Source of the DNA: Syntrophomonadaceae bacterium
Lineage (GTDB): Bacteria > Bacillota > Syntrophomonadia > Syntrophomonadales > DTU052
Reading direction: 5' to 3'
Length of the DNA stretch: 64,000 nt
Assembly: GCA_012729505.1 (NCBI GenBank)
Contig: JAAYDA010000048.1
Location: 70,222-134,221, forward strand
In this document: piece by piece, positions 21,450 through 29,345 of the stretch
Layout: the number at the start of each line of letters is the position of its first letter
Position numbering within the stretch: the stretch's first letter is position 1
Notes under the pieces: generated by a model
Seen by the model: the letters and a program-made list of their open reading frames with translations, nothing else
Told to the model about the DNA's origin: nothing
Databases searched by the model: none
Program-made: the position numbers and the translations under genes

Positions 21450-21583
21450 TAAGTGAATAGGCAGAAGAATGCTACATGCTGTGGACCGCATTAGGCAAGC
21501 GGAATCAGAACCGTAAAAAGGGGGGGATCTAAAGGGCAGTAAAAGATGTTATCCGGCTTAGTGAGCATAAGGAGGGATTTATA

Positions 21584-23059
21584 ATGGGAAAACCGATCGA
21601 CAAGAGCTACAAATTATATATCAACGGTAAGTGGGTAGACAGCAAAGAAGGACGGACTTTCAAAGCCTACAACCCGGCCAACGGAGAATTGCTGGCCACT
21701 TGCGTCGACGGCGGCCGCGAGGATGTGGATGACGCCGTAAAGGCTGCCTGGAAGGCTTATGAGACCTGGAAAGATGTCAGCCCACAGGAACGGGCTGGCT
21801 ATCTGCTCAAGATCGCGGATAAAATAGAGGAAAATGCGGAAAAACTGGCCCTGATCGAAACCCTGGACAACGGCAAACCGATCCGGGAAACAAGTGACAT
21901 CGATATTCCCCTGGGCGTTGATCATTTCCGTTATTTCGCCGGGGCCATAAGAACCGAAGAAGGCCAGGCCGTCATGATCGACAAAGACCATATGAGCATC
22001 ATTTTAAGGGAGCCTCTCGGGGTGGTGGGCCAGATCATCCCCTGGAACTTCCCCTTCTTAATGGCCTGCTGGAAAATAGCCCCGGCCCTGGCGGCCGGCG
22101 ATACGGTGGTGATCAAGCCTTCTTCCGAAACCTCTCTGAGCCTCTTGGAGCTGGCCAAGATTTTAGGCGAGGTCCTGCCTCCCGGGGTGGTCAACGTGGT
22201 TACGGGAAAAGGCTCCACCACCGGCAATTACCTTCTGGAACACGAAGGTTTCCGGAAATTGGCCTTTACCGGTTCCACGGAAGTAGGCTACCAGATAGCC
22301 GCCGCCGCCGCCAAAAAGCTGATTCCGGCCACTCTGGAACTGGGAGGCAAGTCGGCCAATATATACTTCCCCGACTGCCCCTGGGATAAAGCCGTTGAAG
22401 GTACTATGATGGGCATCCTGTTTAATCAGGGCCAGGTGTGCTGCGCCGGTTCCAGGATCTTCGTACACCGGGACATCTATGACAAGTTCCTGGCGGCCAT
22501 GGCGGAAAAATTTGAGCGGGTCAAAGTCGGTCTGCCCTGGGAAGAGGAGACCCAGATGGGCAGCCAGATCAATAAAGGCCAGGTAAACAAGATCCTGGAC
22601 TATGTGGAAATTGGCCGGCAAGAAGGGGCGAAGCTGGTTACCGGAGGCTATCAGATTACCGAAAACGGCCTGGATAAGGGGAACTTCGTCAAGCCCACCA
22701 TCCTGGCCGACGTAAACAATAAGATGCGGGTGGCCCAGGAAGAGATCTTCGGACCGGCCGCCGTGGTCATCCCCTTTAAGGATGAAGCCGAAGTGATCGC
22801 TCTGGCCAACGACAACGAATACGGTCTGGGCGGCGCCGTATGGACCAAGGATATTAACCGGGCTTTCCGGGTGGCCCGCGGGGTGGAAACCGGGCGCATG
22901 TGGGTGAACACCTACAACCAGCTGCCTGCCCATACGCCCTTTGGCGGCTATAAAAAGTCCGGTATCGGCCGCGAGACCCACAAGATGATGCTGGCTCACT
23001 ACAGCCAGAGCAAGAACCTGTATATCAGCCTGGATGAGAGTCCCTTCGAACTTTATTAG
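21584..23059 (+). CDS. NAD(P)-dependent aldehyde dehydrogenase
   Basis: 491 aa. Catalytic Glu motif LELGGKSANIYF and catalytic Cys motif FNQGQVCCAGSR. AGGAGG SD. Confidence 0.95.
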   Translation: MGKPIDKSYKLYINGKWVDSKEGRTFKAYNPANGELLATCVDGGREDVDDAVKAAWKAYETWKDVSPQERAGYLLKIADKIEENAEKLALIETLDNGKPIRETSDIDIPLGVDHFRYFAGAIRTEEGQAVMIDKDHMSIILREPLGVVGQIIPWNFPFLMACWKIAPALAAGDTVVIKPSSETSLSLLELAKILGEVLPPGVVNVVTGKGSTTGNYLLEHEGFRKLAFTGSTEVGYQIAAAAAKKLIPATLELGGKSANIYFPDCPWDKAVEGTMMGILFNQGQVCCAGSRIFVHRDIYDKFLAAMAEKFERVKVGLPWEEETQMGSQINKGQVNKILDYVEIGRQEGAKLVTGGYQITENGLDKGNFVKPTILADVNNKMRVAQEEIFGPAAVVIPFKDEAEVIALANDNEYGLGGAVWTKDINRAFRVARGVETGRMWVNTYNQLPAHTPFGGYKKSGIGRETHKMMLAHYSQSKNLYISLDESPFELY

Positions 23060-23090
23060 GGTCCGGTCCCCTGAAAAAAAGTAGTGGCCC

Positions 23091-23128
23091 GGGAGCAACA
23101 GGCCGGCCTGTTGCTCCCGTATTTTTTT
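23091..23128 (+). terminator. rho-independent terminator after aldehyde dehydrogenase
   Basis: GGGAGCAACAGG-CCGG-CCTGTTGCTCCC (12-bp perfect stem) followed by GTATTTTTTT. Confidence 0.85.
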
Positions 23129-23320
23129 GATTTAGTCAATTATCGAACTGCATGAGGTGGGAAATAAATTATGCGGGGGCTTACCCACTTAATCTTGACA
23201 CGGACATCAAAGATGGCCCATATGCAATAGCTGGGTATAATGCTATAATATGTTTTAATAACTTAATACAGTAAATTTCATTATATCTATGCCCCGGCAT
23301 AATAATTATGGGGGAGGAAT

Positions 23321-24322
23321 ATGAACAAATCCACTGTAACCCGAATACTTTTCAAGCTCCTGCTGATATTTCTCGTCGTGACCATATACTTTTACTTTCA
23401 AAAACCGATCGAATACAGATGTACCAACCTAAAGGCTGTGATACCCATTGATGATATGACCCTGGTCATCGATGATATCCGTATTTCAGATCGGGACCAG
23501 GAAAAGCTTAACAGTCTGGCCTCATCGGGAATCCCCTGGATCTATGAAAAAATATTGGAAGCAGGTCTTCCCTGGAACTGGACCGTAAAGCTCTTTAACG
23601 TAGTGGCATTCTATACCTACACACCCCGCACTATGGAAAAAGCTGATATTAATATCTCCGGAGCCCTGCTCTATCCAGCAGAAGCCCGGAATTCCATTAA
23701 AAGCAGTGATGCATGGAATAATTTTAAAATGAGTATCTCTCCGGGAAACCTTAGCAGTAATGGCGCTCGCTTCAATTCAAGCAACAACTACTGTTCTGTC
23801 TTTTGCGGAGGCACATTTAACCTTAAAGATTTAAATAAAAAACTGACCTTATCCATTACAGATAAAATCAACAATAAGACCATCTATATCTACATTAGCC
23901 CCCAATGGAAAAAAACTCGGCCCTTAAACCAAGGGGCCTCTGGACTGGAAAAAGACTTAAACAGCCCTGTAAGATCATTTGTCAATCATTTGGCTAACAA
24001 CAACATCCAGGCAGCTATGGAAAACATCATGCCTGTATTAAGAAATGATTTTGAAATTCCTCAACTGGACATTAATTTCCGAAATGATGAAATCAGGTAT
24101 ACTTCCGAATATATAGCCTATTTGATGGGATATAGCGGCGCTTATAAGATAACTGCTGAAGCCGGTAGATTTCTCAATGAAGAGCAGACTGATTTTGAGG
24201 CCACTTCCGATGAGAGGCTGATTTTCTATGTCGCCGGGAATGACAGAGACGGCAAATTCTATATTACCAGGGTCCATCAACCGTATGTCTCCGGGTCAGA
24301 TACCGATCCCGATGTCCCTTAA
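23321..24322 (+). CDS. hypothetical membrane-anchored protein (single N-terminal TM, extracytoplasmic body)
   Basis: GGGGGAGG SD. The N-terminal VTRILFKLLLIFLVVTIYFYF is a signal-anchor-like segment. I recognise no family. Noticeably more AT-rich than the preceding two genes. Confidence 0.6.
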   Translation: MNKSTVTRILFKLLLIFLVVTIYFYFQKPIEYRCTNLKAVIPIDDMTLVIDDIRISDRDQEKLNSLASSGIPWIYEKILEAGLPWNWTVKLFNVVAFYTYTPRTMEKADINISGALLYPAEARNSIKSSDAWNNFKMSISPGNLSSNGARFNSSNNYCSVFCGGTFNLKDLNKKLTLSITDKINNKTIYIYISPQWKKTRPLNQGASGLEKDLNSPVRSFVNHLANNNIQAAMENIMPVLRNDFEIPQLDINFRNDEIRYTSEYIAYLMGYSGAYKITAEAGRFLNEEQTDFEATSDERLIFYVAGNDRDGKFYITRVHQPYVSGSDTDPDVP

Positions 24323-24416
24323 ACCGGTACTATATAATCGTTCCTTAGTAACTGTAAACGTAAAAAATAGCCGCTCTGCCAACACCGCCCCAGCGGACAA
24401 TCTGTGTCATATGCTC

Positions 24417-24452
24417 CTAAAAAGAAGAGGCCATCCTTTTGGGACAGCCTCT
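24417..24452 (-). terminator. rho-independent terminator for the acyl-CoA dehydrogenase transcription unit
   Basis: Minus-strand RNA AGAGGCUGUCC-CAAAA-GGAUGGCCUCU (11 bp including two G-U pairs that become C-A mismatches on the plus strand) followed by UCUUUUU. Confidence 0.75.
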
Positions 24453-24520
24453 ATGATCCTCTACTCTATCACCTAACTTACACATTTTTACGGCTCATCA
24501 AGACCAGTTACATTAACCTG

Positions 24521-24793
24521 TTACTGATTTAAGACCAAAGATGAATTGACGGTGAATTCCACAGCCTGGTCGACATTAACCGCTTCTGGGGCTGTCGTGC
24601 TAATGGTGTAATCGGAGTAGGTTTCCTCTACCGGTGCCGCTTCTAGGCTTACACCTTCACCGATGATCACCTTGAATTCCTGGGTTGAGGCTTCGTTCCA
24701 AACTACGATGGCGGTGAATTTCTGGCCTGCTTCTGTTACCTGCGGATACCACCAGACTGCAATAGGATGATTATGGATTCTGGATATAAACAT
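24521..24793 (-). CDS. possible small protein of unknown function
   Basis: 90-codon ORF filling most of the 318 nt between the acyl-CoA dehydrogenase stop and the terminator. Its ATG overlaps the upstream gene by 23 nt and the only SD-like GGTGG abuts the ATG. No recognisable family. Confidence 0.3.
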   Translation of the reverse strand: MFISRIHNHPIAVWWYPQVTEAGQKFTAIVVWNEASTQEFKVIIGEGVSLEAAPVEETYSDYTISTTAPEAVNVDQAVEFTVNSSLVLNQ

Positions 24794-26486
24794 CCACCAG
24801 ACTGTACACTTCTTCGTTCAGGACCTTTTCAAATTCCTCTTTATTGGGTACCGGGCGCTTGATCATTTTCATGATCTTATCCAGTTGGGCCTCGGTGTTG
24901 ATAGGTTTTCCGTACAGCTCAACGGCATAGGCTGAAAAATCCCTGACAAAGACGTCGAAGATCTGGTTCAAAACCTCATCACTGATACCTTCGATCTTGG
25001 CGCTTTCAATGATTAGCTGACCGTAAACCACCATGGTAAACAGTTCTCCTACCGCCAGCAAGTAATCGAAGTCCATCATCTGCCTAGCAAGGCCTTCCCC
25101 GGATACCATCAAGAATTCCTTATAACCCTCTATCTGGTCCAGAAACACCTTAACATTCGGCAGATGGGCCACAGAATTATATGCAATGTTATAATCATGG
25201 AATTTGGTGCGGGCATATCCGCGGGTACGGCCCTGACGGAACATGAAATCGTCATTGCGGTTGTCGGTAATCCTGCCTATATCCTCAAACTCAGCCGGCA
25301 TAAACATATAGCTGGGAATCAGTTTTATAATCAGGGCCATATTCACATGGCTGGTGCCTTCCAGCTTGGGGAAGCCCACCAGCTCCATCACCGCCTGTTC
25401 AAAATACATATCTTTTTCGAAGCCTTTGGCAGCTATAATATCAAAAAGCAGCTCATGAACCTTTTCCCCTTGCATGGCAACCTTCATTTTCATAATGGGA
25501 TTGAAGAGAAGATACCGTTTATCATTCTCGTTAGCTATCCGCATATAGTCGGTTGCCCGGAGGCCGAACAGCTTCATCGCCATAATTCTCAGCCAGGCAT
25601 CAGAAAAGAGCCTTTTGACATGAGCAAAATCCGTAACCCTGTTGCCATATAACATCCGTTTATAAGCATGATTCAAAGCCTCATAAAAGGAGTGGGTCAC
25701 GATACCGGTGGCACCTGAGCCAATGTTGAATTTGCATATATTAATGGTATTCAGCATATCGTCCCAGGCTTTGGGGCCCCGGGAAAGGATTTCGGCCTCG
25801 GAAATGGGATAGTCGTGAAGCTTTATTTCAGCCACATACTGCTGGTTGGAATCAGTAATGTTTTTGACGCATTCATAATTGGGATGTGCAGAATCAACCA
25901 CAAAAAACACATAATCATCGGTTCCGTCAATCTTACCGAAAACCGTTACCGTACCGGCCACATTACCGTTACCTATATAATACTTGGTGCCCCTGCCCAG
26001 GTATGTCCCATCTGGCTGGGGATATAACTTCATTTCGGTGGAATAGATGTCGGCGCCATGCTCTTTCTCTGAAAGCGCAAAGGCACATAAAGCATTTTCC
26101 TTCAACTTTGCTGCGGCTTTATGCTTGGCTTCCTCGTTGTCGCCCAATAGAACCGGATCCAGACCGAGAGTGGATACATGGAAGGTATACCAGTAGGCTG
26201 CTCCATAAAACCCGCAAATCTCTGAGAATTCATACATCCGATAGGTGCTGTAGTACTGGTTGGGATCCGACCCGTAGCCTTGGGGAAGAAATAGTGTCTC
26301 AAAAAAACCTTCTTCAGTTACGAACTCTTGAAAATCTTGGCAGAACTCATGTTTATGATACTGTTCTTTATGTTTGGTCAAACCTTTTTCCTCGAACCAG
26401 TCGATCATCTTAAGCATAATCTCCTTGGACCATGCATCGGGGTAATTCCTATCCCGATATTTCTTAGGATTCAGTAGTATGCTCAT
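24771..26486 (-). CDS. long-form acyl-CoA dehydrogenase family protein
   Basis: About 571 aa. ACAD-like middle-domain motif FALSEKEHGADIYS and KYYIGNGN, with a helical C-terminal domain. The ORF-track ORF extends to 26537, but ATG 26486 follows AAAGGAG by 7 nt. Confidence 0.8.
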   Translation of the reverse strand: MSILLNPKKYRDRNYPDAWSKEIMLKMIDWFEEKGLTKHKEQYHKHEFCQDFQEFVTEEGFFETLFLPQGYGSDPNQYYSTYRMYEFSEICGFYGAAYWYTFHVSTLGLDPVLLGDNEEAKHKAAAKLKENALCAFALSEKEHGADIYSTEMKLYPQPDGTYLGRGTKYYIGNGNVAGTVTVFGKIDGTDDYVFFVVDSAHPNYECVKNITDSNQQYVAEIKLHDYPISEAEILSRGPKAWDDMLNTINICKFNIGSGATGIVTHSFYEALNHAYKRMLYGNRVTDFAHVKRLFSDAWLRIMAMKLFGLRATDYMRIANENDKRYLLFNPIMKMKVAMQGEKVHELLFDIIAAKGFEKDMYFEQAVMELVGFPKLEGTSHVNMALIIKLIPSYMFMPAEFEDIGRITDNRNDDFMFRQGRTRGYARTKFHDYNIAYNSVAHLPNVKVFLDQIEGYKEFLMVSGEGLARQMMDFDYLLAVGELFTMVVYGQLIIESAKIEGISDEVLNQIFDVFVRDFSAYAVELYGKPINTEAQLDKIMKMIKRPVPNKEEFEKVLNEEVYSLVDVYIQNP

Positions 26487-26710
26487 GGGCGAACTCCTTT
26501 CACTAAACTGATTAGCTCTAAGAATAATATATACCAAACGTATTGTTCTGAATAGTATATTTACGCTTCGTATATTATGTTCGGAAAATCTGCTGCCAGG
26601 AAATTGGATGTATCTCTGTAATTACAAACCAATCCATTAAGACCGCCATATAACCCACGGATATTCATGTTAATAAGGATAAAAAATGAATAGTCGGACG
26701 GTGCGTATTG

Positions 26711-27121
26711 CTATACGCTTTTGAGAAAATCATCAGGGGAAATCGCTTTAACAGGAGAGTCATTGAAGTCCTTCAGGTTCCGGGTAATGATGCAATCGAC
26801 TTTTCCCCGTTTGGCGCAGACAGCAAGCAAAGCGTCTTCGTAATCCGGCATGGGGAGCTCCAGCGCCTTCTCGCAGTCAGCGCCGGTGACATCCAAAATG
26901 TTAAAAAGCGTAAAGAGTTTGAGAAGGGCCTGCCTGCATTGGGTGTCGTCGCGCAGATACTTGTGCAGCAGATAGTGAAGATCGGTTACGCTGTTTGCTG
27001 TAATGCAAGCGCTGATTTTGTCCTCGGCAGCCATGATGAACAGCTTTTGAGCGGGTTCGTCGAAAGGGACGCGAGCAAGCAAGGCGTCCAGTATGACATT
27101 GGTGTCAATCAATACATTCAT
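26711..27121 (-). CDS. vapC: PIN-domain toxin (VapC-like ribonuclease)
   Basis: 136 aa. N-terminal MNVLIDTNVILD (first acidic PIN residue), later acidic residues, and C-terminal IITRNLKDF. The 5' end overlaps the upstream antitoxin by 17 nt. Confidence 0.85.
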   Translation of the reverse strand: MNVLIDTNVILDALLARVPFDEPAQKLFIMAAEDKISACITANSVTDLHYLLHKYLRDDTQCRQALLKLFTLFNILDVTGADCEKALELPMPDYEDALLAVCAKRGKVDCIITRNLKDFNDSPVKAISPDDFLKSV

Positions 27122-27332
27122 GTCGGCTCAAACGTTCCTCTCTTGCCTGCTCCAAGGAAGCATCGGCAGGCAAAATGCCAAACAGCGATTTGGCCATCTC
27201 AACTTTATCTTGGTTGATGCTGATGAGCTTGGCGACACGCTTCCCATTTTTAGTGATATAGATATCCTCTTCGGAAACAAGCGCCAGATACTTCCCAATG
27301 TTGTTTTTAAACTCAGTGGCGGTGATTAACAT
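27105..27332 (-). CDS. Phd/YefM-type antitoxin
   Basis: 75 aa. N-terminal ITATEFKNNIGKYLALV...IYITKNGKRVAKLIS is typical of Phd/YefM antitoxins. GAGGAGG SD. Immediately upstream of the PIN gene. Confidence 0.8.
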   Translation of the reverse strand: MLITATEFKNNIGKYLALVSEEDIYITKNGKRVAKLISINQDKVEMAKSLFGILPADASLEQAREERLSRHECID

Positions 27333-27378
27333 GTAACAACCTCCTCATGTTAAACATAGGGTTTTTTATCCTGATTTT

Positions 27379-27407
27379 ATTATACAAAAATCGTGCGATT
27401 TGATCAA
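27379..27407 (-). promoter_or_regulatory. sigma-A-type promoter of the toxin-antitoxin operon (TTGATC-N17-TATAAT)
   Basis: Read on the minus strand. Consensus -10 and 4/6 -35 with a 17-nt spacer, about 45 nt upstream of the antitoxin ATG. Confidence 0.6.
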
Positions 27408-27635
27408 TATAATTCGAACGAATATTGTTTTGAGGTTTGTTCGGTGGGAAAATGACAATGCCCTATCCTCCAACATGAAGAAGAGCACAATTTTCATTAT
27501 TACCAAATGATTGGTTGATTATTCCATTTACACAGTCTTATTTACACTCCCGTTCAATTAAAACTTAGCTTGCGGTTATGGTGCTGCTTGGTGTTACGTT
27601 TAAGCTTGGGATCAACGGTATACCCCTATCGAACT

Positions 27636-28409
27636 TTATTTGCCTTTATTCATCTTGGCCAGGGAGCCCTTTAACTCATTTATTACGGCCGGATTACTAA
27701 ATGTTTCTACAAAGCTTGAAAAATCACAGGTGTCTATTGCTTCCCGGGCTTGCTGGGCAGCCTGTTTTCTTTGAGCCGCCTTGATTGCAATAAAAGGACG
27801 GCCAGGGGTGTCAATATACTCGCGAACTATGGCTTTGGCCCTCTCCAGCAGCTCCCCTTCTTCTACCAGTTCATCAAGTACTCCCATTTCCAGTGCCACC
27901 GATCCCGGAATTCTTTCACCTTTGTATATTACTTCTTTCCAATTCTTATTGGTTTCAAGTCCGTACTTCATTATTTCACCATGGCATGGGGATAAAGACA
28001 TTCCCAGCTTAATCTCCGGCATTCCTACTTTTGCTTTGGGGTCATCAGTCATGATCCGGTAATCGCAAGCCTGGGTTATGATTAAGCCGGCGGCACTGGC
28101 ATGGCCGTTCAATGCCCCTACGACCGGTTTCGGGCAGGTAAAGAGCTTGTACATAATCTCCTCGTCATCTTTAAACCAGCTTATTATATGCTCCGGCCCT
28201 TCGAAGGTAGTAAAGGTGCCCAGGTCAAATCCACTGGAAAATATGCGGCCGGTACCGGTTAAAACCAAACCCTTCAATTCCTCTTCTGTGCTGACCCGAT
28301 CAATGGCTTTTTCCAGTCCCTTTAACACCTCAGTATTAAGAGAATTTGCCGGCGGATTATCAATAGTAAAAATGACTATGTTATCTTGGATATCGGTTTT
28401 ATATGACAC
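27636..28409 (-). CDS. enoyl-CoA hydratase/isomerase (crotonase) family protein
   Basis: 257 aa. Crotonase-fold motifs (LVLTGTGRIFSSGFDL, ALNGHASAAGLIITQACDYRI). GGAGG SD. Confidence 0.9.
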   Translation of the reverse strand: MSYKTDIQDNIVIFTIDNPPANSLNTEVLKGLEKAIDRVSTEEELKGLVLTGTGRIFSSGFDLGTFTTFEGPEHIISWFKDDEEIMYKLFTCPKPVVGALNGHASAAGLIITQACDYRIMTDDPKAKVGMPEIKLGMSLSPCHGEIMKYGLETNKNWKEVIYKGERIPGSVALEMGVLDELVEEGELLERAKAIVREYIDTPGRPFIAIKAAQRKQAAQQAREAIDTCDFSSFVETFSNPAVINELKGSLAKMNKGK

Positions 28410-28462
28410 AGCACAACCTCCACAATTATTAGTTTTTGGGAATTCTCTGTCTTCATTAAATA

Positions 28463-28491
28463 ATTATACAGAATAATGGAGTACAGGCCAA
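28463..28491 (-). promoter_or_regulatory. candidate sigma-A-type promoter for the enoyl-CoA hydratase gene (TTGGCC-N17-TATAAT)
   Basis: Read on the minus strand about 55 nt upstream of the start codon. Confidence 0.45.
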
Positions 28492-28501
28492 GGCATAGAT
28501 G

Positions 28502-28521
28502 AAATCTCCTAATTGAGATTT
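28502..28521. promoter_or_regulatory. 7-bp inverted repeat AAATCTC-N6-GAGATTT just upstream of the -35 above
   Basis: Read directly. The position (about -45 to -65) would suit an activator/repressor site. No family assigned. Confidence 0.2.
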
Positions 28522-28594
28522 TCATCTCATTACTTTTATAGGAGTGTTACCCATGTCTTGAACCATTTCTGTTACCTATTCCTAACCGAACTGT

Positions 28595-28756
28595 CTTTCG
28601 TCCTCCCCGTCCCCCCGTTCTCACATTCTCCTTTCGCCTTTCGCCTCACCCCTCACGTCCTCCCCTTTCGCCTTTCTCCTTTCGCCTCACCCCTCACCCC
28701 TCACGTCCTCCCCTTTCGCCTTTCTCCTTTCGCCTCACCCCTCACCCCTCACTCCT
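28595..28756. repeat. polypyrimidine heptad tandem array, locus A (two identical 48-bp units plus degenerate flanks)
   Basis: 28654-28701 and 28702-28749 are identical. Each unit reads tcctccc ctttcgc ctttctc ctttcgc ctcaccc ctcaccc ctcacg. The plus strand is almost purine-free. Confidence 0.9.
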
Positions 28757-28853
28757 AATAGAATAGACTAATTTGTTAATTGGAAGTAGACTATAAGAGA
28801 ATTCTAAATTAATAATCATTTATGCAATACTTTCATAAAAAAGGAAGGTTCAA

Positions 28854-29327
28854 ATGGAAAAACAACCGGTTGCCCGTGACTGCTTTATCTGTGGTTGGAA
28901 TAATGAGATCAGTATGAAAGCCGATTATTACAATGATGTTGAAGCCGGCCAGGTATTTACAGAAGTGACCATTCCCTCATACGGTGACGGCTGGCCAGGT
29001 ATTGCCCACGGAGGAATTGTCGCAGCCTTGTTAGATGAAACCTCCTATCGTTCTATTTGGCTGGATGGCAATTACCAACGGGTTATGGCTACAGCCGAAA
29101 TGGATGTGCGCTTCCTTCGCCCCACCCCCACAGGTCAAACTCTGAAAGCGGTGGGATGGACGGTGGAAATGGACGATGTACAGGCCCAAGTAATAGCCGA
29201 AATCAGGCTTCTTGACGGAACTGTAACCGCCCGCTGCAAAGGTCTGCTGCTAAAACCATCAGAAGCTTTCCTGGAAAAGTGCAATTATGAGGCAGAAATA
29301 TCTGTCTGGAAGGTCCGCGAAGACTAA
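28854..29327 (+). CDS. hotdog-fold (PaaI-like) acyl-CoA thioesterase, paralog 1
   Basis: 157 aa. N-terminal CFICG..N motif and GxAHGGIVAALLDE hotdog active-site region. AAGGAAGG SD. Confidence 0.8.
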   Translation: MEKQPVARDCFICGWNNEISMKADYYNDVEAGQVFTEVTIPSYGDGWPGIAHGGIVAALLDETSYRSIWLDGNYQRVMATAEMDVRFLRPTPTGQTLKAVGWTVEMDDVQAQVIAEIRLLDGTVTARCKGLLLKPSEAFLEKCNYEAEISVWKVRED

Positions 29328-29345
29328 TTTCGAGAGAGGTGCATT

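Noticed and set aside
22163-23098. 311-aa minus-strand ORF antisense to the aldehyde dehydrogenase (similar long antisense ORFs at 19914-20429, 20919-21275, 17558-18835)
   Set aside because: They overlap well-supported genes with clear catalytic motifs. Their products are Gly/Pro/Arg/Ala-rich nonsense typical of the antisense strand of GC-rich coding DNA. No RBS.
26555-26590. tatattatgt-containing stretch checked as a possible dif (XerC/XerD) site because xerC is in the window
   Set aside because: Only the central TATATTATGT resembles the Firmicute dif consensus and both 11-bp recombinase arms are unrelated. xerC here is simply in its conserved codV position.
26582-26600. TGGCAG-N5-TTTCC on the minus strand upstream of the acyl-CoA dehydrogenase, considered as a second sigma-54 promoter
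   Set aside because: The GG is present, but the invariant GC of the -12 element is missing at the required spacing (TC instead), so it does not fit GG-N10-GC.
27408-27635. 228-nt gap downstream of the enoyl-CoA hydratase examined for a missed gene (44-codon ORF MKIVLFFMLEDRAL…), a pseudogene fragment or a terminator
   Set aside because: The small ORF has no SD and runs into the TA promoter. I recognised no homology and found only weak 5-bp stems. It is left unannotated.
28513-28758. 81-aa plus-strand ORF (…PFAFRLTPHVLPFRLSPFASPLTPHVLPFRLSPFASPLTPHS) running through repeat locus A
   Set aside because: The open frame is a by-product of a purine-poor tract that cannot form TAA/TAG/TGA. It has no SD and a non-ATG start. 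The heptad periodicity (not a multiple of 3) generates peptide repeats in every frame. I treat it as non-coding.
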